From: Macrotis lagotis
Lineage: Eukaryota
Assembly: GCF_037893015.1 (NCBI RefSeq)
Contig: NC_133661.1
Span: 187,322,809 to 187,386,808, forward strand
Reading direction: 5' to 3'
DNA length: 64,000 nucleotides
Shown here: positions 38,471 to 51,010 of the stretch, in pieces
Position numbering within the stretch: position 1 is the stretch's first letter
Layout of the letters: every line of letters starts with the position of its first letter
Program-made: the position numbers and the translations under genes
Notes under the pieces: model-generated
Told to the model about the DNA's origin: nothing
What the model saw: the letters and a program-made list of their open reading frames with translations, nothing else
The model's database searches: none

Positions 38471-39141
38471 TATATTTTAAGAACTGAAGACTGACTGAAC
38501 AAACTGAGACATCTAAATTTATTGGACTGATACTGGGTTATAAGAGATGATTAATATAAAGAGTTCATAGAAGTAGAGAAATATTGGTAGAAAGTGATAA
38601 AAAATGAAAAAAGCAGAAGCAAAAGAAGAATACAAACAATTCCTTTAACAACTAAATAAAGAGAACTTTGAATGGCAACATAATCCAGATGGAAAGAAAT
38701 TGGAGATTATTTGGTACTCATTCATTGGTACTATCAGTTGCTATTATTTTAGGTTGTTGTACTTAACTTTCTTCAGGGATTGCCTGAAATGGAATTCAGC
38801 TGGAAGCCACTACTAGTACTGTAGCGGTTTGTATAGTATATTCAATGCCCATTATTAATGAAAAAAATTTGAAAGCAAGATAGGACCACCTGCTTTTTTA
38901 GAAAGCCACAACTTGGGAAAAACATGACACTGGCCAAGGTTAGACTTATGGGAAGAATAATCATGTCTTATATTAGGAGGGTAAAGTTATAATCTTGATA
39001 ACCTTTTCTTTGTACATTCATTTATTTCTCTGTTACCTGTTCAAACTTTCGAACCTACTAACTATGGTATACATACTAAACATACTAAAGTTGGCAAGAT
39101 ATTTATTCTTTACCTTTAATAACTTTTCCCAATCTGAATAG

Positions 39142-39475
39142 GTGCATCAAGAACGTCTTTATCAAGAATATAATTTCAGCAAAGCTGAAGGTCATTTGAA
39201 ACAGATGGAGAAAGTATATACTCAGCAGATCCAGAGTAAGGATGTGGAACTGACTTCTATGAAAGGGGAAGTCACCTCTATGAAGAAAGTTTTGGAGGAG
39301 TACAAGAAAAAATTCAGTGACATCTCAGAGAAACTCATGGAGCGCAATCGCCAATATCAGAAACTTCAGGGTCTTTATGATAGCCTCCGGTTAAGAAACA
39401 TTGCCTTTGCCAACCATGAAGGAGTTCTGGAACCATCCATGATCTCTCAACCTGCTGCTTTTGGCTTCCCAACAG
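39142..39475 (+). CDS. CCNB1IP1: CCNB1IP1 coding exon 2 (VHQERLYQEYNFSKAEGHLKQMEK...coiled coil...NHEGVLEPSMISQPAAFGFPT, then G split across the intron).
   Basis: Acceptor aatag|gtg at 39140-39141. 334 nt, ending in phase 1. Donor aca g|gtaaga at 39475/39476. Collinear with human CCNB1IP1 residues about 100-211. Confidence 0.9.
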
Positions 39476-40914
39476 GTAAGAGCCAGTTGTGAGGCTAAAC
39501 AATGCTTATCTTTTATACCAGCAGTTATACAAGATGGAAAAGCAGACCATTTTACTTTTTTCATGATAAACTGGTCAAGGTAATTGACACTATAATTGTA
39601 TTTGCCTCTGAATTTTACTGATAGAACTAGAAGTAGAACTTAGATCTCTTCTTGTAGTCTACCTATCACAATTTACTGATCTTGAAGTGGTATTGTGTGA
39701 TAAGATCTTTGTTATTTCATACCTACATATATGCTGATATGTAGCATATGTGGTTTAGAATGTATATTTGTGTATATCATAAATATGTATATATATATAA
39801 ATATATGCATATATTTATATATATAGAGAGAGGCAAAGAGAGTCTAGCTTAATTTAAGAGTTCTTTTCTGTAACTGATCAGAGATTTCTTTTGAGTAGTA
39901 TGGTAGTTTGGCTCATGAATGTTAAGAAACTTCATATTTTAATTAAATATAGCCTTTTCAGAGGTAGGCAGTATAATTTGTTGAATAGCTCCAGCTGTCT
40001 GTATGGAAGCAATTATATCACACTTAAATATAGAAAAGTACTATGTATATAGAAAATATCTCCTTGGCTTCACTCTCCTAGATTAACTCTGGCTACATTT
40101 CCCCCCCTAGAGTGATAAGGATTAGACACCTTCTCTAATATTTATCAAGCTCCCATTCTGGGGGTGTTCCCCGCACTATTAGCTACCAGTGACTATTGCC
40201 CCATTTCCTTTTAACCAATTATCATTAATTTGTTTTTATAAAGGACTATTTTCTGCAAAGCTATGGTATGAACAGAAGTACAAACAATTTCCCTCAATAC
40301 CCTGAGGGGCATACTTTCCTCTTGGTCCTACCAAGTTCATATCTAAATGTGACATTACTGCTTGATGAGAGTTTTTCTTAGCTACTAATGGACTGTGTTC
40401 CAAAAAAATCACTCCTTATTCAGTATGGACTTTGCCTTCTAAATCTTGGATAGTTTAATCTTCTGATCTTTTAGGACTCATATGGTCAAATGATCAAGCA
40501 CCGTGGCAAAGAACTAAAACCTATATTCATGATACTAGGTGTCAATCTCAGATGGGTAGGGTCCTAAGCCTTTCACCTTCGTCATCTTTCACTGGAACCC
40601 TGATAGCAGGAAGAAATCAGCTGAAGACAGTTAAATAAAGAGAGGAAGAACTTGTCCAATGCCTCCCCAATTATTGATCTATAGTTGCAGCCAATCAAGG
40701 GGGCTCCTTTGAACTGTATGGTTAGTAGTAGGGACCAGTTTCAAAATGTCTTTTTATTCTACTAAGGCATTTCTACTATACATCATCACATGTCCTCTGG
40801 AAGAAAGGTTTTCAGCTTCTTCCCTGTAGGAAATTGCAGCAATGGTACTCTGAGTGTGTGTATAAATATAAATATATACATATATATATATATATATGTA
40901 TATGTATATATTTT

Positions 40915-41084
40915 TTCTTAGGTTTTTGTTTCTGTTTCTGTTTTTTTTGCAAGGCAGTGGGGTCAAGTGGCTTGCCCAAGGCCACACAGCTAGGTAATTA
41001 TTAAGTGTCTGAGGCTGGATTTGAACTCAGGTATTCCTGACTCCAGGGATGGTGCTCTATCCACTGTACCACCTCACCGCCCCA
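40915..41084 (-). mobile_element. SINE (antisense) in CCNB1IP1 intron 2.
   Basis: T-rich tail then ttgcaaggcagtggggtcaagtggcttgcccaaggccacacagctagg...ccactgtaccacctcaccgcccc. Confidence 0.85.
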
Positions 41085-42307
41085 TCTGAGTATATTTTTA
41101 GGGATTGGGCTTAATGGCCAGGCCCCTGTACATGTACAATTAGTCTAATATTTTATGGTACTTCAGTACATCTGAATTCTTATGGGTGTGGATTTTCTTC
41201 CAGTGGGGCAAATCTCATTTCAATCACACATTCTCATCTTTGTTTGTGCCCTCTTTTAAATCTTCCACATGAGGTTTACTTCCTAAGGCTTTCCCTCTAG
41301 GTGTTCTGATACCCACTTGAGAGCCACTCTAGTATATGGATAGGGATTGACCTTCCATTTTTTTAGGGGGGAAGCTGTTTTTTCTAATTGCCATCTTCTC
41401 TTCTTTCAGATGTTTTGAGAATCTTTGCTTTAATTGTATCAAAATTGTATTACTTCCAGCATGGTCCACATCTGGGCATATTTGGGTCTAGCCTATCTGA
41501 TCTCCATTTTCCCCCATTTCTAATCCCATATAAAAACAATTGTGATGTTAAAAGTATAACAATTCTTGCTTTAGTGGAATATTACCAGAACTTCTTGTAA
41601 AGTAATTTTTACATGCAAATGAGGCAAATTTAGGGTCGAAGTTGGAGCCAGAGGGTTATTAGGATCAGGATTAGGGTTGATGTTAGTGTTGGAATGCATG
41701 TTAGATTTAGGTTTAAGGTTAGATTTTGCACCCACTTCCTTTGCCCTATATAATAAAGTTATTCAAAAATAATACTTTTATGAAAGTCATAAAATATATT
41801 CAAATACAGACAATATTAAATGGGATACCATGATAATAAGCAGAATCATGAAATGAAAGGTAAAATTAATGATAAAGTATATGCAGGACTACCCAGTAAA
41901 GTTACTATAGATGTGCAGTGTTACCCCTTCCTCACCTATTGTACCCAGCCTTTATCATTGTTGGTTGGCTGAAATTTCATTTAGAGTTTTTTTATGTAAA
42001 GCCAAATTTGTGTAATGTGAATTTACATAAAGCAAGAACTGTCTGTACAAATATGGTGGCTATACTAACATTGATAGAGTAAAGACAGATCTTTTCCATT
42101 TTATACATATTGGTTATTTTTCCTAGTTTCATTATGAAATCTCTTAGAATAATAGAATACTCTTAGAATAATATTCTAATATAGTTTAATTAGTTCTCAT
42201 GCTGAGTTTTCTATCATTCTTTCCCACTGGTTTATAAGCTCAGACTGTTTATGATTTTCTATTTTGTTCCTCCATAAAAGTTTATAAATGAATTTATTAT
42301 TTAAGTG

Positions 42308-42346
42308 GAGTTGTCTTTTACTACTTTTTACTACTTTTACTACTTT
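42308..42346. repeat. Short tandem repeat (TACTTTT / TACTTT)n in CCNB1IP1 intron 2.
   Basis: ttactactttttactacttttactactttc. Confidence 0.7.
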
Positions 42347-43865
42347 CTCTCTGTTTAGGAAGGAGATCAAATGTTTGTTAGCTGAGTTGGTTTCTAGTTT
42401 CATTTGGTTGTTCCTCAGAGGCAATTTCTTTACTTTGGTTTAACTTCCATGAGGTGATAGTGATAGTTTGATGTAATATTTTCCATTTTTCACAACTTTT
42501 AAAGGTTGTATAGATGGAAATGTTTCTAGTTGCATGCCATCTTTTCTTCCCATTTTTCTTCTTGATTTTCATTTTGATTTTTGTTATAATAGTCAATCAT
42601 CTAACTGTACATAGGCAGTTTACACAGAAATGATACTCACATTGGCAATCTGTTTTTCCTCTCTTTATAGCTATAGTAAATGTCATTGTGTTTTGGTGGT
42701 GGTTTTAGATACTCACCATATCTAGCATCTTTCAGCTCTACTCTTGAATAAAATATGTCTAAGCAAGAGATTTCTGTGTAGTTTACAAATTGTTAGTTTC
42801 TTGTTTCTGAAACTCAAGCCATATTTTCCATTGTATTTTTCTCTATCCCATGTTTATCTGTGCATCAATTAATGAGTAATTAAAATGATTTAATTTAGAA
42901 GATTTATCAAGTTCTTTGTAAAATTTCTGTAATCTCTTCACTTGATACAACAGTTTTAAGAGTATAAGCTACAAGTTATGATTATCTTTATGGTAGTCTT
43001 CTTATGCTTGTTATAAGTAGTGCAAAAGTAAAATGACTATATGTTACATGAAATTTCTCTTAGTATTTTTATGAATAAATAATAATGTCAGTTCTACTAA
43101 TTTCCTTATTTTCCTCTCCAAAGATGTGCCATCCTTCCATTTAGCTTCAGTTTCCTTTTGTCTTTTCATTTTACTTAAAATGAGAATGTCAATATCACAA
43201 CATCAGTAGAATTTATACTCATTGGTCACTGGACAAATATTTCACGTTTAGAATGATGAAAGTTAATATTTAACTTGAACAGGCTAAAACTTGTAAGATA
43301 AAACTATTGCAAGCCTTTTTATCCTTAAAACCTCCCATGACAACCCTTCTTTCCATGCTCTCTGCTGAGTACCTTGCCTCATACTTCACCAAAAACGAGC
43401 CCATTTGTTGAGAGCTCCCTCTTCTATCTTTTTCTCACATCTCACATTTCATAAAGTAGCTTCACCTGTCTCAAAGAAGTAATTTCATTTTTTAAAGGTA
43501 CATATAACATTCTATCAGATATCTAAAACAAAACAAAAACTTCTGTAAAATATCTTGTGAACATTAGATTTCAACTCAGTCTCCTTAGTCATCTGTAGGG
43601 GTACATTGACAATTGATTCTCAGAATATTACTAAGCACCATAAGAAACTTCCAAGAAAAAAATGAGTTGTTTGATTTAAAAAATACGTGAAATGCCTACT
43701 GAATTCAAGGCACCATGATGAGGAAAAAATGGTGTGTTGTAATTCTGTGACAATCATAAGCACATTCTAGTTGTATCCCAAACCTATGTCTCTATTTTCC
43801 CAGCCTACTTTTAATATGGAATCAGAGAGGCTATCTATGATTGAATAATTTTTATTTTATTTTAT

Positions 43866-44013
43866 CTTTTTTTAGTTTTTTTTTTTGCAAGGCAATAGGA
43901 TTAAATAATTTGCCCAGGATCACACAGCTAGCTAATTATTAAGTGTCTGAGGCCAGATATGAACTCAGGTCCTCCTGACTCTAGGGCTATCTACTATGCC
44001 ACCTAGCTGCCCC
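43866..44013 (-). mobile_element. SINE (antisense, diverged) about 215 bp upstream of CCNB1IP1 exon 3.
   Basis: Poly-T then gcaaggcaataggattaaataatttgcccaggatcacacagctagctaattattaagtgtctgaggccagatatgaactcagg... Confidence 0.8.
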
Positions 44014-44228
44014 TACCATTGAGTAATTAAACAGAAATGTGTATCAGGCTCATTGGAAGTGATTATAGACCTTCTTTTACCACTCTCAGACTTACATTTT
44101 TCTTCACAGAGGATAGAGTTTCAGATTTCGGTCAACAGTAAATACAGAATGCCTGTTATCTATATATTCTTAAAGATCTTCAAGGAAATAGGTATTTAAA
44201 TTCTGTTCTGTTCCTTCTTTCTCTCCAG

Positions 44229-44431
44229 GGAATACTTCCAAGTTTCCTGTGGATATGACGCCAGTTCGAAACTGGGGCAGTGGGGATGGAGACTTCCAGT
44301 TCAGACCATTTTTTGTGGGCTCCCCCACAGCAGCTGAACCTAGCAATAGCTTTTTCAGTTTTGCTTCTCCCAGCCATGAAGCAGCGCCGCAGCCAGGTGG
44401 TAGCAGAGCCTTTAAAGTGAAAAGAATGTAG
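44229..44431 (+). CDS. CCNB1IP1: CCNB1IP1 coding exon 3 (terminal): GNTSKFPVDMTPVRNWGSGDGDFQFRPFFVGSPTAAEPSNSFFSFASPSHEAAPQPGGSRAFKVKRM followed by the stop.
   Basis: Acceptor ctctccag| at 44227-44228. The incoming phase 1 completes a Gly codon. TAG stop at 44429-44431. Matches the human C-terminus ...DGDFQFRPFFAGSPTAPEPSNSFFSF...SRAFKVKRI. ATTAAA poly(A) signal candidates at 44735 and 44874. Confidence 0.9.
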
Positions 44432-46034
44432 CCCATCTTGAAAATAGAGGGCAAAGTGAGAAAGAAGGGAATTTATTATAACTTGTCTGCCTACTGTGCC
44501 TTGTTCTTCAAAGTTGATCTAGCATACTTTTTTTGCTCTTCTCTGGTGGTTTCTAACAGTAAATAGACCTTAGATATGGTGTTGTTGCTCATTCCTGAGG
44601 TTATCAGTTTCCTTGTGCTATTAGTTCTACAGAGTTTGCTGTTTGTGGTGAGAAACTTAGTGAGGAAGGAACTTGGCTTTGGAATCTGTTCTTTTGCCTA
44701 TGTATGTTATTTTGAATAATGAACACACTGTTTTATTAAACTCAGTTCGTGAACTGTTGCTTATTTTTGATCAGTAGTATTCAGACAAATGTGGGGATGT
44801 GTTGGCATTTAGAACATTTAGCTTATTGTAACTGTCTGGCTTATATGATCTCATATTGCTATATTCATAAAGTATTAAATTTTGGAATATTTCTTTGTGT
44901 AGATATGTGAGCATTGTGGCTTCTTTAAGTGTGTATAATATTCACCTGTGTATGCGGGTTCTAGTATTTATGTGTGTACATTTTATTTTTTACTTGCATC
45001 TTTGTTATATTTATGTATATATATTTAATTTGAGAAATATATATGAATCTATGACTAGGTAGCTTTTGGTATATTTCTGTATTTATGCATGTCTCTTGAT
45101 ATATTTGTTTGTCATGGTGTCAACATGTATTTGAAGTGTATTCATTCATGAATACATACCTGAACATCTTGAACATCTCTATACACACACACATATTTAT
45201 AGATATAAAATACATAAATACAAACATACATTGCTTTGCAAACCTCAGGTACTATATAAATGCTAGCTGTAAACAACACATAGCTGATTTTAGAGATGAC
45301 ATTAAAATATTTTTTTTAAGACTAATTTCTTGTATGCTCTTACATTTTTAACTTGCCACAAACAATGAAATAGGTATCTGTTTAACTTTAAAGGACAGAT
45401 GCTCTGACTTTGGAGCTTCAGGAAAATTTATGATATATATTGAAAAGTACTAGTTAAGGAATTAGGATATAGGTGCTCATTTAGCTTTGTGACTTTGAGA
45501 TGCCCTGTCTTAGTTTCCTTATCTGTAAAATAAGTGGATTAAACCAACTAGTTTCTAGTTCTTCTCTAATTTTATGACTTTTTTTGTAGATTGTGAAGTG
45601 AAAAAATAAAATAACTGACATTGATATGGTGTTTTAAGGTTTGCAAAACCCTCCTATCTGACAATAACCCAGGCTTTATTCCATCAATCAGCATCTAAGT
45701 GCCACTATGTGTCAGATGCCAATGTACTTGATGTAAAAAAGCATAATGAAATGTTGATGAATATAAAATAAATAAATCTTGGATGTTTTAATTTTATGCT
45801 GGGGGAAAGGGAGTGCGCATGAGCATCTCATTTTACATATTTGAGCACCAAAACGCTTTTATAAAGAGAACCGTTCAGAGAAGCAAATGGTTGCGGAGAA
45901 TGTGGGTGATAGTTTTTGGCTTCATTAGTGTGGAGGGAAAGCTCAATGTAGAAATTTCCTCCCCTAGTGTAGAGTGGCACCTTTTTCACCCGCAACCTAG
46001 AGCCCATCACTCGGGGTTCTGAGAAATTGCTGCC

Positions 46035-46690
46035 TGCCTCAGGCTCGGCCAGCCGAGGTGGGCTGGGCCCCAGAAGCGCGGCCTCTCTGGTCTCGGGCCG
46101 CTACCACGGCGGCCCTAGCCCCTTGTGAAGCGCACACGGTGCGCACGGATTTGCGGACCTGCGCCCCGACACGGAACTACACGGGAAACACGCCTCCCCC
46201 CCGCGGGGGCCGCGGGCCGCCGGTTGCTGGGCCCGGAGAGGAGGCTGCCAGGCCGCCCCGTGGGCGTCCGTCGGCGCCGCGCCGCGCGCAGGGCAGCCTC
46301 CCCACCTCTAGATGTCACTGTGGCTCCGCGCGAGTTCCTGTTTCTCTGTGGTTGTAGTGCTGGGGGAGGCGAGGGCTGCAGCCGGAGGAACGATGGCTGA
46401 TGAAGAGGAGGAAGCCCCGCAGCCCGTGCAGCTCCTGCAGGTAGGGCCGGGGCCACAGCGCTTGGCCCGCGTTGCTTCCAGGGTTGCCCCGCGCGCCGGA
46501 GGCGGTGCAGTTCCCCGCAGACTAGGGCTGGGGCCGTTGCCGGGGGCAAGCGTGCTGGGCCGGGGTGGGCCGTGCGGCCAAGCCTCCCGGCTTCGGGACG
46601 CCGCGGATCGTGCCCCCCGGATGCCCCGCAGGCCCCGGGGCGCCCCTGCTCTCGGCCCAGGGCACCGGCCCCCAGCTCGCCCGACGGTTT
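46035..46690 (+). promoter_or_regulatory. TTC5: CpG island containing the TTC5 promoter, 5'UTR and start codon.
   Basis: Very GC- and CpG-rich block surrounding the conserved TTC5 ATG at 46393, continuing into intron 1. It is responsible for the long artefactual ORFs on both strands. Confidence 0.75.
46393..46440 (+). CDS. TTC5: TTC5 (tetratricopeptide repeat domain 5, STRAP) coding exon 1: MADEEEEAPQPVQLLQ.
   Basis: ATG in strong Kozak context (gaacgATGg) inside a CpG island. Matches the human TTC5 N-terminus MMADEEEEVKPILQKLQ. Donor cag|gtaggg at 46440/46441. Confidence 0.85.
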
Positions 46691-47130
46691 TTCAAGTAGG
46701 GATTTGGTTTCATTTCTCTCCAACCCGATGGATTTCTTTTCCCCCAAAAGAGCATAATTCTCCCCACCTCCCCATTTCAGCAAGCCCACCCACCACGCAC
46801 GTGTTGGAGGTTGTTTTGCCTCCCCTTCCCCATTCCCCGCCCTCTCCCTCCTTTCCGGACTGGCTTTCCTGCACTTCTCCAGCCCCAGTTTTTTGTTGGT
46901 TTGTTTTTGTTTTTGTTTCTGGAGAATCGTCCAGTCCTAGGCCCTGCTGTGGAGGGGTCCCCAGCCTGCAGAGTGCCCCCCCAGGCACCGTAGCTCAGCT
47001 TCGCCTTAACTTCCTTTACCTGTGGTGAGCTATCATCCGCTGATTCTTTATAGATTAGGGCAGTTAAAGCTTAAGTGCTAGACCTACATTAAAGCCTAGT
47101 TCAACTCTTTTGAAGGCATTTGCCACTGTA

Positions 47131-47263
47131 TTTTTTTTTAGGTTTTTTTTGCAAGGCAGTGGGGTTAAGTGGCTTGCCCAAGGCCACACAGCTAGGTCAT
47201 TACTAAATGTCTGAGGCAGCATTTGAACTCAGGCCCTCCTGACTCCAGTGCGCTAGCCGCCCC
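47131..47263 (-). mobile_element. SINE (antisense, with an internal deletion) in TTC5 intron 1.
   Basis: Poly-T then aggttttttttgcaaggcagtggggttaagtggcttgcccaaggccacacagctaggtcattactaaatgtctgaggcagcatttgaactcagg... Confidence 0.8.
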
Positions 47264-47284
47264 ACTGCCACTATATTTCTAACA

Positions 47285-48178
47285 TTAGTGAATTTTTTAA
47301 ATTAATTTATTTTTATTAAGGATATTAATTTGAGTTTTACAATTTTCCCCCAATCTTACTTCCCTTCTCCCCCAAAGCAATCTGTCAGTCTTTACTTTGT
47401 TTCCATGTTGTACCTTAATCCAAATTGAGTGTGATGAGAGAGAAATCATATCCTTAAGGAAGAGACAAGAAGTCTAAGAGGTAACAAGATCAGACAATAA
47501 GATATCTGGTTTTTTTCCTAAATTAAAGGGAATAGTCCTTGAACTATGTTCAAACTCCACAGCTCTTTATCTGGATACAGATGGCACTCTCCTTTGCAGA
47601 CAGCCCAAAATTGTTCCCAATTGTTGCACTGATGGAATGGGCAAGTCCATCAAGGTTGAACATCACCCCCATGTTGCTGTTAGGGTATATAGTGTTTTTC
47701 TGGTTCTGCTCATCTCACTCAGCATCAGTTCATACAAATCCCTCCAGGCTTCCCTGAAATCCCATCCCTCCTAGTTTGTAATAGAACAGTAGTGTTCCAT
47801 GACATACATATACCACAGTTTGCTAAGCCATTCCCCAATTGAAGGACATTTATTTGATTTCCAGTTCTTTGCCACCACAAACAGGGCTGCTATAAATATT
47901 TTTGTACAAGTGATGTTTTTACTTTTTTTCATCACCTCTTCAGGGTATAGACCCAGTAGTGGTATTGCTGGGTCAAAGGGTATGCTCATTTTTGTTGCCC
48001 TTTGAGCATAGTTCCAAATTTCTCTCCAGAAAGGTTGGATGAGTTCACAGCTCTACCAACAGTGTAATAGTGTCCCAAGATTTCCCACAACCCTTCCAGC
48101 AATGATCATTATCCTTTCTGGTCTTATTGGCCAGTCTGAGAGGTGTGAAGTGGTACCTCAGAGAAGCTTTAATTTAAC
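47285..48178 (-). mobile_element. LINE-1 3'-end insertion (antisense) in TTC5 intron 1, flanked by a TSD.
   Basis: - strand ORF 47771-47989 is the L1 ORF2 C-terminus (KNWKSNKCPSIGEWLSKLWYMYVMEHYCSI). Terminus motif at 47330-47400. Direct repeats aacattagtgaat at about 47281-47293 and 48177-48189. Confidence 0.75.
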
Positions 48179-49073
48179 ATTAGTGAATATTAACTAATTC
48201 AGATCGAAGCAGTACTACCAATTGGAACCATATCTGGTTTAATTCATTCCCAAGGAACTTGGTTCAATTTTATTTATTTATTTATTTTAACTTCAGAGTC
48301 ATTTTAAAATACAGTAGGCAGTATGATTTAGGGCAAAGAATGTTAGATTGGAAATCTGATGATTTGGGTTCAAATCCAGGGTCTGCTAGCCTCTGTCTTC
48401 TCTGCTTGGACCAGATAATCTCCAAGGTTCCTTCCAGCTCTAAATCAAAGATCCATAAGTTGGAGATTGGTGATGATTGGAATTTTAATAATGTCCCTAA
48501 TTTTAGATTTCATTTGAACTGAATAGGGGCTTATATAATAGGAGAAGGCAGAAGAAGGGAAGAAGTTGATATTATCTGTCATAGTTAGAAAAGCTGGGAA
48601 AAGGTGGTTTTTGTTTTTATAGATTTCTTGGGGTAGAAGAGACCTCTTGGAGGCTAGCCACCCTCCTTAGCTGAATCCAGAAGGGTATGTATCACAAAAA
48701 GTACATGTTTCTGAGTGCTTCAGTTTTAGCCCTCAGTCTAGAGTAGTGAAACAGACAGGTTTGTGATTGAGATTCAGATCCTCAAGACAAGAATCTATCA
48801 ACAGATCATGGATAACAAAGAGAGAAAAATGTTGTTTGGACCTTGACACATTTTTTTTATGGAGTCTGGAGCAGAACACTTCCAAAATATGAGCATGGAA
48901 CCCTGGTTGCCCTGTTTATCTGTGGCACCCTGGTATCTTACTCCTATTGTCCTGACCTTTATAAGGGTATCAGAGAGTTGATGTTTCTGAGTTAAAGATT
49001 GCTTTCTTGTGATCAACCAATCTCAGATTACTCTGCTTTATTCTTTTCAAATGAATTCCTATACTTCTTTTAG

Positions 49074-49206
49074 GAACTGGTGGACCAACTCTATTCATTT
49101 CGTGACCACTACTTTGAGACACATCCAGTTGAGTATGCTGGTCAGAAGCATCAGGATGTGCGAGAAGAAATGGAGAAGACCCTACGCAAAATGGAGGAAA
49201 CAGTAG
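49074..49206 (+). CDS. TTC5: TTC5 coding exon 2: [44 protein letters not shown](G).
   Basis: Acceptor ttttag| at 49072-49073. Donor g|gtatgg at 49206/49207, ending in phase 1. Matches human [45 protein letters not shown]. Confidence 0.9.
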
Positions 49207-49715
49207 GTATGGCTCTCTAGATTCACTATAGAACATCAATGTACCTTTGTCAGGGAAGTTGATAGCTTCTTCCTTCTTTTGTATATTCTGTAAAGAGATC
49301 ATTGCTAATTGGTCAAACAAACTACTGTGCATGCAGGAAATTGAAATAGCCCTATACTAAATCTCCCAGACTTTCAGATTCTTTCACCCTAGGGTCACAC
49401 CACTGTGATGTGGAAGGGCTCTTGTTTTAGCCGGAATAGTTCAGTAATCTTGCTTTCACTTTTCCAACTTGAATGTAACTCCCAGAATTCTTTTCCTATA
49501 CCAACAATGTTCACACCACTCTCTTACTTAAAAACCTTCATTGACTTCCTATGATCTATAGAATAAAGTCTAAACTAGGCCTTCTGTGGCCTTTCAAAGC
49601 TCTCTTAATGCAGTAAGTATACAGTACCTTCCTTGTACTAGGCTAGGTTAAATTGTTCCTACTCTCAAGGACTTCACCATTTAATTGGCAAGAAGCAGTA
49701 TCTACTTAGAAAATT

Positions 49716-49731
49716 ATATATATATGTGTAT

Positions 49732-49792
<61 letters not shown>

Positions 49793-49800
49793 GTATATAT
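49716..49800. repeat. Compound (TA)n / (TG) microsatellite in TTC5 intron 2.
   Basis: atatatatatatgtgtatgtatgtgtgtatatatatatatatatatatatatatatatatatatatatatatatatgaagtatatat. Confidence 0.95.
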
Positions 49801-49853
49801 AAAGTAACTTACAAGAGGAAGATACTAGCAGTTGGGAGAATCAGTATAGACTT

Positions 49854-49996
49854 CTTTTTTTGGCAAGGCAAATGGGGTTAAATGACTTGCCCAGGGTCAC
49901 ACAACTAGGTAATGATTAAGTTTCTTGAGGCTGGATTTGAACTCAGGTCCTCCTGACTCCAGGGTCATTGCTCTATCTACTGTGCCCTAGCCACCC
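49854..49996 (-). mobile_element. SINE (antisense) in TTC5 intron 2, flanked by cagtatagac(t/a)tct.
   Basis: Poly-T then ggcaaggcaaatggggttaaatgacttgcccagggtcacacaactaggtaatgattaagtttcttgaggctggatttgaactcagg...ctagccacccc. Confidence 0.85.
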
Positions 49997-50025
49997 CAGT
50001 ATAGACATCTTTTTCTTTAAAAAAT

Positions 50026-50162
50026 TTTTTTTTGCAAGGCAATGAGGTTAAGTGGCTTGCCCAAGGCCACACAGGTAGTTATTAAGTGTCTGAGGTCAGA
50101 TTTGAACTCAGATATTCCTGACTCCAGGACCAGTGCTCTATCCACTGTGCCACCTAGCTGCC
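50026..50162 (-). mobile_element. Second SINE (antisense, different subfamily) about 30 bp away. It shares the same flanking direct repeat.
   Basis: Poly-T then gcaaggcaatgaggttaagtggcttgcccaaggccacacaggtagttattaagtgtctgaggtcagatttgaactcag...ccacctagctgcc, followed by tgagtatagacatct. Confidence 0.85.
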
Positions 50163-50559
50163 TGAGTATAGACATCTGGTAGGAGACTGTAAATTAGTCT
50201 GGCTTCCCACTATCATTCAGTCAAGCTGCTCTTTCCAAAGTTATTAATGATCTCTCTCTCTCTCTTTTTTATTAATTGATATTTTATTTTTCCAACTTTT
50301 CAACTTTCATCCACATGCATATGGATATTTTTAAATTTCATAATTTCCTTCCACCCTCCCTTCCCATTCCCCTCTCCTTAGCAGTGAACAGTCAGGTGAA
50401 TATTGTACATACAAATTTGTGTTTAACATGCTTTCAGAATAGTCATTTTCAGTATGAGGAATAAGGATTAAGGGAAAAGAAAGAAAATCATGAGATAAGA
50501 AAGAAATGCATAAGAGAAATTTTTTAAAAAGTGAAGGTAGTGTTATTCAGATTCTTTAG

Positions 50560-51010
50560 GACTTTTTTGTTTTGTTTTTCTTCCTCTGGATGGGGATAGC
50601 ATTGGTCTCCTAGGGTTGTCTCTCTAAACTGTTGAGAGGAGCTGCATCCTTCAATGTCGATCAACTCATGTTATTGTTAATGTGTACAATGTTCTCCTGG
50701 TTCTGCTCCCTTTGCTCAGCGTCAGTTCCTGTCACTTATTCCATACTTCTCTAGAGTCTGGTCATTATTGGGTTTTTTAAAAAGTTTTTTTAAAAGGAAA
50801 ATGGCTTGCCCAAGGCCACACAGCTAGGTAATTAGTATCTGAGCTGGATTTGAATTCAGGCACTCCTGATTCCAGGGCCAGTGCACTGTGCCATCTAGCT
50901 GCCCCCATTCTTGTTTTCTTATAGAATAATAGTATTGCATAACATTCATATACCATAACTTGTTCAGCCATTCCTCAATTGATGGGCATTTCCTCAATTT
51001 CCAATTCTTT
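50560..51010 (-). mobile_element. Old LINE-1 3' fragment (antisense) with a nested SINE fragment, in TTC5 intron 2.
   Basis: - strand ORF 50824-51015 MAKNWKLRKCPSIEEWLNKLWYMNVMQYYYSIRKQE (L1 ORF2 C-terminus), interrupted by a SINE piece at about 50775-50905. Confidence 0.6.

Noticed and set aside
46115-47028. Longest ORFs in the track: 46312-47028 + (238 aa), 46115-46789 - (224 aa) and several overlapping ones.
   Set aside because: They lie in the TTC5 CpG island and GC-rich intron 1. Stop codons are absent because of GC richness. Proteins are low-complexity (P/G/A/R-rich) and overlap on both strands. Only the first 16 codons from the ATG at 46393 are conserved TTC5 sequence, and they end at a GT donor.
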